Below are positions 56,509 through 64,000 of a DNA stretch of 64,000 nucleotides, piece after piece. The number at the start of each line of letters is the position of its first letter. The stretch's first letter is position 1. The DNA comes from Chrysomallon squamiferum (taxonomy: Eukaryota > Animalia > Mollusca): contig CM022669.1 in assembly GCA_012295275.1 (NCBI GenBank), positions 14,880,001 to 14,944,000 on the forward strand, in the 5' to 3' direction. Under the pieces are notes generated by a model, which saw nothing but the letters and a program-made list of their open reading frames with translations, had not been told where the DNA came from and searched no databases. A program made the position numbers and the translations under genes.

Positions 56509-59500
56509 TCAAGATGAATTACTATGATAGCACTGTCCAAGGGTTTGCAGATTATCAAGGACATTTTTGTATTCATCGATTTCCAAGCCAGCTTCCAGAA
56601 ATCTGTGATGGCGTCTTATGTTAAGACTTGAAGCTGATGCATGCAGACTAGCTACCATTGCAGCGATGTCGGGTGTTGACTGTACTGATGTAACCAATGG
56701 AACATGCTCTACATCTGAAAGTAATTAAAATTAGTCAGTAACCTCTTTACACAGATAAAGATTTACTGCATGTATAAAAACAGGCTGTCTGACAAAAATA
56801 TAACATTTTTCTTTTTTATAACTTAGTATGTAGAAATTAAATATAACTTAATCAAAATGTTTACTCATGTAATAATTATATTTACAAATAATAATAGTTT
56901 ATTGATTGCATATAAAACAAGTAATTAATCTGATTACCAAGAAGATTTTTTTTCGTCAAGTTTATAATGCCATTTGTGCTTTAAATTTTAGAAGGATATA
57001 AAAATAATTATACAAGTTTTGGATATTGATGAAAATAGAAAAGAACACAAAACAAACAGTTTATCATTTTTTTGATATACAGCTTCACTAGTGAAAACTG
57101 TACTTACTCTGAGTTGCAGGGCGTTCGTTTGGACTTGTGTGCCCATGAATGTTAATTCTTCTGTCAAAAATACGTGGGAATGGAACACTTGTTTTCAATG
57201 CATCTTGTATGACGCAAACAGCACTATACACCAACAAAAAAAACAAAAAAAACAAAACAAATTAAAGCAAAACTTTTCCAAGGTGCAATACAAAAAGACA
57301 AATACATCAAATTACATAGGCACAAATACTGCAGAAATGTATTTTTAAATAACATTACATTAATTTGTTGGTTTCTGCGAAAAATCCAAATTAGATTAAG
57401 TAGTTCATCAGTGCATTTTTAATGCATATATAAAAGCATACCACTGTTGATTTTTGACAATCTAAGTGTTAAGATCATTAATATATGCTATTTTTGAATT
57501 GGTTAAGATAATAATTATTGTTTAAATGAATTTTCATCTTTACCTGCAGCAACGAGGGTCTGTGTCAGACAGATATTTTTCTAGTATTTCACCCACATTT
57601 GTACTTTGAGACAATGGACCTGTCATTTGAGAACGTGGAACCTTCCTAAAAAGGAAATAATATAAACAAAATTATTTTTTATTTTATTTTTTTTACCAGT
57701 ATTAGACATTAATATCAACAACAGCAGAAGCTACATGTTATTAAGAGAATGGGCTTTGATTGTAAGATATTCATCTGACACTGTCAAAGTATCAGTCTCT
57801 TATTCCTTTTAAGCACCAATCTCTTAAGCTTTTGTATATTACAGTCTGTATTATTTTTTAAAAACTGCAGCAATTTTACTAAGGTGCAATTAATGGTATT
57901 TGAATTAAATTTGATCATTTTGTTATATGTATAATCCATTGCAAACACACCATGAAATATGCTATACTTATATGGATTTTCAACCAATATTATTCTTAGA
58001 ATGAAATATTTAAACACTAACTGTAAATCAGACATATTCACAGCTGCACGGATTTCCGTTTAATAGTCTAAAACCTGATTCATTTTTATATCTATGTATC
58101 TATAAATCACATACACACACACACACATACAAACACACTCATTACATATGTGTATGCATGTAAACACCCTCATTAATCTGGCCACCGAAAAGTCCTGAAA
58201 AGATTTTCACCTGTTAATCTTATCACGAGGAATTCCACGAACTACACAGTACTGCATGAAAGCGTCGGGACACACAGAAATATGTGGTGTCACCGAATAC
58301 CACGGAATTCTGCCTTTATGTCGCAGCAGACTGTCCATGAATGTTCCGTTGTCAGCCAGAGGAAAAGGTAAACTTGTGCTCAGTGCTGCCACCTGCGGCA
58401 AAAATCAAAGATTAATGAGAGAACCTGAGAATAATTAAACATTATATAATATTAATATGAAAAATAAAGCACGTTTTCTGAAAAAAAAATAATAAAGCAC
58501 TTTAATAATGGTAAAGATTAAAATTTGTAATTGTTTTATGATTTTTGAAATGATTAAAACACAGCATCCATTAATTTAGTACTCTCAATGTGTCTGACAA
58601 ATTTGTTTGTTCCATATCCTACATAATTTTCTAAGTAATTTTCTGTTTAAGTAATTCGTACAAACCTTTCTGCCTAAGATATTAAAAGATCCAGTAAGAT
58701 CAGCTAAATGTGATGGTAAAGTTTCTTTTCTGTAAGGAAGGGACATTGTGTCCAGTGTGGTTGCCAGAATTCCACTTGTGTGATAATCCAATTCTGCCTT
58801 CATAGAAATATGAATAAAGTTTTCAGACTATAATTGTATGTTACTAGTGAACTTCCATAAATAAACAACATTAATATGAAAAGAAGACCAAAAAAAAAAC
58901 AAAAAAACAGAAAAATTCACAAAATAATAACAAAATTAATACTAAAACAAGTTTAGAAGTTTTTACAAAAAAGTCCATATGCAAGATTTAGATTATTCTA
59001 TGTATCTATTATCCAGTTACTTAAATTATAAAATTATGAAATAGCATATTCAGTCATGTAATATATTTTCATATTATATTCTTAGTTTTATATTTTTCAG
59101 TTTATCTGGCATATATTTTGTTATTTCTTTCATGGCTGCTTTCAAAACATAACTCTTCAATTTATTGGGTTTTTTCTATTTTTTTTTTTTTTTATTACCT
59201 TGTAATTTAGGTGAGGAAAACTTCTTGGTTTTCCCATTGCCTTCCAAAGACCATCAGACAGAGAGAGAGGAAAAAACAGAGAACTGTGACTGCTACACTG
59301 CTCTAAACTTAAACAGCAGTTCAGAATTCTATTTACACGATCAATAGGGGTCTGCAAGTAAAACAAGCACAGTTTTAGAGATAATATTATCATAAAATAT
59401 TTTAAAACCAAACATTATTATTGTTATATGTGTCAACTGCAGGTAATGTTAGTTTCTTTCTAAATAAACCACTATTTTTTGTTTTTGTTATATATAATTT

Positions 59501-61570
59501 GCAATTATTACAAATATTGAAAAATAATTAACAAACTAAAATGTAATAAAATGTAATTTAACATATATTCATTGAATCTTCCAAACCAAATTCTTTTTTT
59601 AAAAATGTATTCTACAGCCATTAGAAACTGCAAAAATTCCAGATGCATGAAAGTAACTTGAAATTGTAAATTCTCTTCGGAAGATTTTATTTATAATTTT
59701 AAATTTATTAAGATGTTAAGATGAATCAAAGAAAAATCCTGTTTTTCATATGAACTAATTTTTCTAAATGTGTCTTCATTTTTTTGTGCTTAAGTCCATT
59801 TTCAAGCACGGTTTCGTCAATTATTCCTTAAGATAATGCCTCAAAAACCTTTGTGTTCTATAAAGTCTATTACTTACAGAATCTGGTAACACAGCAGGAG
59901 ACAGACCAAATGTCAGTTTTACTTTATTTTGATACTCATCATCTAGATACTGAAGAATCTTTCCACCAATCCCTCCGAATCCATTATACCAATCAACAGA
60001 AATATGAAATCCCTAGTAAAACAATTTTAGATACTAAAATTCTAAACAGAAAACAAATGCTACAAATGTAATTATAAAATGTACTAAGCTAATAAAAACA
60101 AAAAATGCAGAAATTAAAAAAAAAAAGAAATACCCATAGACGACATGTAAATAAATTGTCTTTAGTAATTATTATCATACATTACCAGTAGAAAAAGAAA
60201 ATAAAGACTGCAAATATTTATGATACAAATACTGGGACTGCTGCTGTCCTATAAAAATAATAAAGCTAACTGAAGTTATGTTGTAATGCAAATCAGTGAA
60301 ATTTTACAGCCTCTACATTTTCAAACAACTTTTCTAATAAAATTTGTTTTATAGCTAATTATTATAAACATTTCTTTCAGAAATCCCATGCATGGATGTA
60401 ACATATAATACATCCAGATACATTTTAAAATCGATAATTATACTTAAGAAAATACCAAGACTATCTGCTATAACCAAAAATTTATTTTTATTTTCTAAAC
60501 CGATTTAAAATGTATAAAATGATTTTTCATATAGTACCTGCAGCTGATCACATTCCTCAACAAAAAATCTCAAACGATCTTCAAAATCATCAAAGAAATC
60601 AGCATTTTTACAGCATTGGACTCCCATGTTGTACACATCAAATGGATTAATATCACTAAAAACCAAAACAGAAAATAAATACAAAAATCCACTTAGTCTT
60701 ACATTATAATATTTCATAAACTTGTTCTTCAGCCAGCTGAATCCAGAATACACTTTAATATTAAATATTTTTAAAAATGATAAAAGTCCTCACATTCTAA
60801 TACCATTTTGATTCAAAAGCGTAACTTATGTATTTCATTCAATTCCTTAGTTAACATTCTGTTATAAATATTTTTTTTCAAAAACTGTTTTTCCTTCCAT
60901 AAACACTGAGGATGATTGTCAGTCTATCACAGGGATAGTTCACCAGTACAGCTGTAATTGTACTAACGCTAAAGCCAATACTTACTTTCTGTGGCTATAA
61001 TCTTGTATCAGGCAGACTGACTTGGGATGAAGATACATCCTGAGAAAATCTGACCAGACTGTCACAGATGTCTCCAAATTTGGCACTTTAGATGATGATG
61101 CAGCTGCTGAAATGTGGAATACCTTTGTAATATACTTGGTGGCCCAAAAGTTATTTTCCTGTAATTATTTTTCAGTTGAAACATAGCTGTCTTTCAGCTT
61201 TCGTATGCATTTTAGTTTTAATTTCTTAAATTCATGCATTTTTAGATATATGATGAAAATTTCATTTACTGAAAATATAACTTGATGTACACTTTATTTA
61301 GTGGTAATATGATTGTGTTAATAATACAGCACAAAAGTAAAAGTCTTTTGGGCCATCCTGTATGTACACATACAAAATAAAATAAATGTAAACCAAACAT
61401 TATATTATCATTATGTATTCACCTTTTATAGTCTGACAGAAACATACTAAGATTAATCACACACACATACACACACATCTCCATCTGAGAAAGTTTAAGT
61501 AACAATCTCATCTCTCCCAGTGTATGGATGTTTCAAACTGAAGCCTTCTTTTTCTGTCCACATGGGTGCC

Positions 61571-61606
<36 letters not shown>

Positions 61607-63191
61607 TATCTTGTTTACTTTTTATCAGCACCTACCTTGGAACACTTTAGTTTTATCAGTGGTGGCATTTCTTCATCTACTTCCATGTAGTGCTGCTGCA
61701 TCTGTTCAGACTCAACCTTGTCCAGGCTTTCCAGAAACTCGTTCTTTGTGAAGGGCGAGGCTTCGTGAAGAGTGACATCTCCTGACCTACATAATAAATC
61801 CCTGTGTTATGAAAAAAATAAAGCTACTTGGTAATGCAGAGATGCACATATATTATCTTTATATTATGCAGACAAATATATTCCACTTATATTAAAAAAA
61901 AATTAAGGTTAAGAGACTACATTTTTTGTTTTTCAAATTTATTTAACACTTGTTTGGTTAACACAGATGTAAAAGCTTTTGATATCATCAAATTTGTAAA
62001 TGAAGTGGAAGTAATACTGAAAGTCATGATTTGATGATGGTAACAATAACAAAATGAAGGAAAGTGAGAGAACAAGAACACTAAGTGTAGATGTGTTTCA
62101 TGGAGTGCTGTAGAAAAATATGGCAATAACTTCAGGTCAAATATTACATGAGCAATAAAGGAACAATACATAATATTAATTATTTTATCAAATACCAATT
62201 TATTTCATCTTCTTTCCCAATATCATACAGTGTTCCTTCCTGACGAAGAGAGTTTAGACTTCCCTTCAAATCCAAACAGACCAGCCTTGGAGTAAAAGTC
62301 ACTTCACCCTGACATTTCAAAAGAAAAAAATATTTTAAAATATTTTAATATAAATTATAAAAGAAGTCAGGTAATAGCTAATATTATAAAGCTATGGTTT
62401 AAATATGAAAGTTCTACTAACAGAACAAAATAATTTCTGATTAATGCAACAATTCTGCAGAATTCAAATGTTGTTTTACTACAGTTACCTGTAAGGTCTG
62501 CCCTTCTCTGAACAAAACATCATGATTTATCTCCTTACTGATATCATCTGACTGACAACCATATATAAATGATGATTCCTGGGGAAACAAAAGCATTAAG
62601 CATTAAACATATCAAGAAAACACTACGCTTTTTCCCCGTGTCTGTTTTTACATGTGTATGTACAACAGTACATGTATATTATTATGCCTGTATATTAGTA
62701 TGTATCTGCTAAGTTTGATTTCCATTTCTTAAATTATCTTTGTCTGTAATACTAAATATGAAATTAAATAATAACATCATAAATATAAAAAAAGAATACT
62801 AATTGTTGAAATTTCATTCTAATAGTCATCATGGTGTGTCAATTTTAATTTTTATTTATTTATTTAATTATTTAATTTATTTAATTATAATAATAATGCT
62901 ATATTAATCATTAAGTTCATCGAATTGCTCCATTTAAGTCGTAAGTATTAAAGTAATAAGTATAAAAGTATTGATTTGTCAGTTACCTATCAACACTAAA
63001 ATTAAATCCATTACTATTACTATAGTATTACTATTAGTATTATTAGTATTAGTCATTACAGTGAAGTGATTACTACTTTAGACATAACCAGATAACGCTT
63101 ATTTAGTTATTACCTGTATATTCCATAAGTGGGACCCAACAAAATTTGAATAGTGTCCAATCTGCAAGGTAACTATTTCTTGATACGACAT
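56509..63191 (-). CDS. MSTO1: Protein misato homolog 1 (tubulin/FtsZ-like; Dml1/Misato), 13 coding exons
   Basis: Exons 63114-63191, 62489-62578, 62196-62308, ~61636-61786, 60986-~61106, 60538-60655, 59878-60012, 59199-59351, 58666-58797, 58211-58392, 57544-57645, 57108-57223, 56509-56714. Motifs: [100 protein letters not shown]. The exon 4/5 junction is ambiguous. Confidence 0.95.
61135..61360. mobile_element. Tc1/mariner-type MITE in MSTO1 intron 4
   Basis: TA|CTTGGTGGCCCAAAAG..CTTTTGGGCCATCCTG|TA: imperfect terminal inverted repeats flanked by TA. Confidence 0.65.
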
Positions 63192-63442
63192 TGTAGAATT
63201 AATGTCTTTGGAAATTGACACTGTTGCTTAAAGAATAAAATCATAATATCATGGAACACGATTATCATTCAAAATCTCCATTGATATCCATTAGTTTATT
63301 TCGCTAAATAGACTTTCTGTTAATAAAAATATTAACGTGCTTTTACCAGTCGGTCCACTAGCCAATCACGTTTTACGTTACAAATATTGCCAACAGAGCT
63401 AAAACGAAAATACACAGTTTGTCACTCGTCCAAGTTGTCGAT
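63192..63442. promoter_or_regulatory. Bidirectional promoter region MSTO1 <- -> PTS
   Basis: The divergent ATGs are only 251 bp apart, with CCAAT (GCCAATCAC) at 63362-63366 and local CpG enrichment. Confidence 0.75.
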
Positions 63443-63632
63443 ATGTCCAGGCCGGTTGTGTATGTTAGCAGAACGGAAACTTTTAGTGCTTGTCATCGAC
63501 TACACAGGTGTTCTTCTGTTTATAAAACTGTCATCCATCTTACTGATATGGATTGGCAGAAATGATTTTTAATTTTTTTAATTTTTTTTTCAATCTAAAA
63601 ATTGTGAAGATCTTTTTGTTGGTGTGCGTGTG

Positions 63633-63679
<47 letters not shown>

Positions 63680-63987
63680 AATACATTATATATATATATT
63701 TTTATCTAAATGGGGAATATCTGTTGGTATATATACCAAGAAAACAGTTGTTTCTTGAATTTGTTTCTTGTATATATTAAAGTTTACTGTTATTAACATT
63801 AATCTGAAACATACTACAATATTAGCAAAAAAACAATAATTATAATTTTTTCAAAAATATCTCTTGCATCTAACGAAAAAACTTTATTTATTTATATTTT
63901 TCTCCAGTCCAAATTTGTCTGATGAAGAAAACCTGAAAATCTTTGGAAAATGTAATAATCCTAATGGCCATGGACATAACTACAAAG
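63443..63987 (+). CDS. PTS: 6-pyruvoyl-tetrahydropterin synthase, exons 1-2 (gene continues past the window)
   Basis: Exon 63443-63507 ([23 protein letters not shown]|gt) and exon 63908-63987 ([28 protein letters not shown]|gt). It carries the FSAxHRL and [11 protein letters not shown] signature with the catalytic Cys and Zn-binding His residues. Missed by the ORF track. Confidence 0.96.
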
Positions 63988-64000
63988 GTATTTTGATTAT

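Overview
Very AT-rich, intron-rich, microsatellite-laden animal genomic DNA. It looks like an invertebrate (probably lophotrochozoan/mollusc), but that is inferred from style, not proven. Five spliced protein-coding genes were reconstructed by hand: (1) a TMEM221/Jiraiya-like 4-TM gene on the minus strand (3 coding exons, 8431-24797, 14.3-kb first coding intron); (2) a WHAMM/JMY-family actin nucleation-promoting factor (minus, 9 coding exons, 42100-48421); (3) a 7-unit polyubiquitin gene (plus, 53487-55080) with a perfect heat-shock element and a 5'-UTR intron; (4) misato/MSTO1 (minus, 13 coding exons, 56509-63191); (5) head-to-head with it, the first two exons of PTS (plus, from 63443). Several frame breaks in otherwise intact genes suggest residual indel errors in the assembly. 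The non-genic part holds hAT and Tc1/mariner-type MITEs, SINE relics, mini- and microsatellites, and a CpG-rich landscape around TMEM221. The most intriguing unexplained signals are a SECIS-like hairpin with a competing alternative fold near 1.95-2.02 kb, an overlapping uORF ending in CUU-UAA exactly +1 from the TMEM221 frame, a diverged ~90-bp element present twice in inverted orientation upstream of TMEM221, and a Trp-to-Phe change in the Arp2/3-binding acidic tail of the WHAMM/JMY protein. No prokaryotic-type system (CRISPR etc.) is present.
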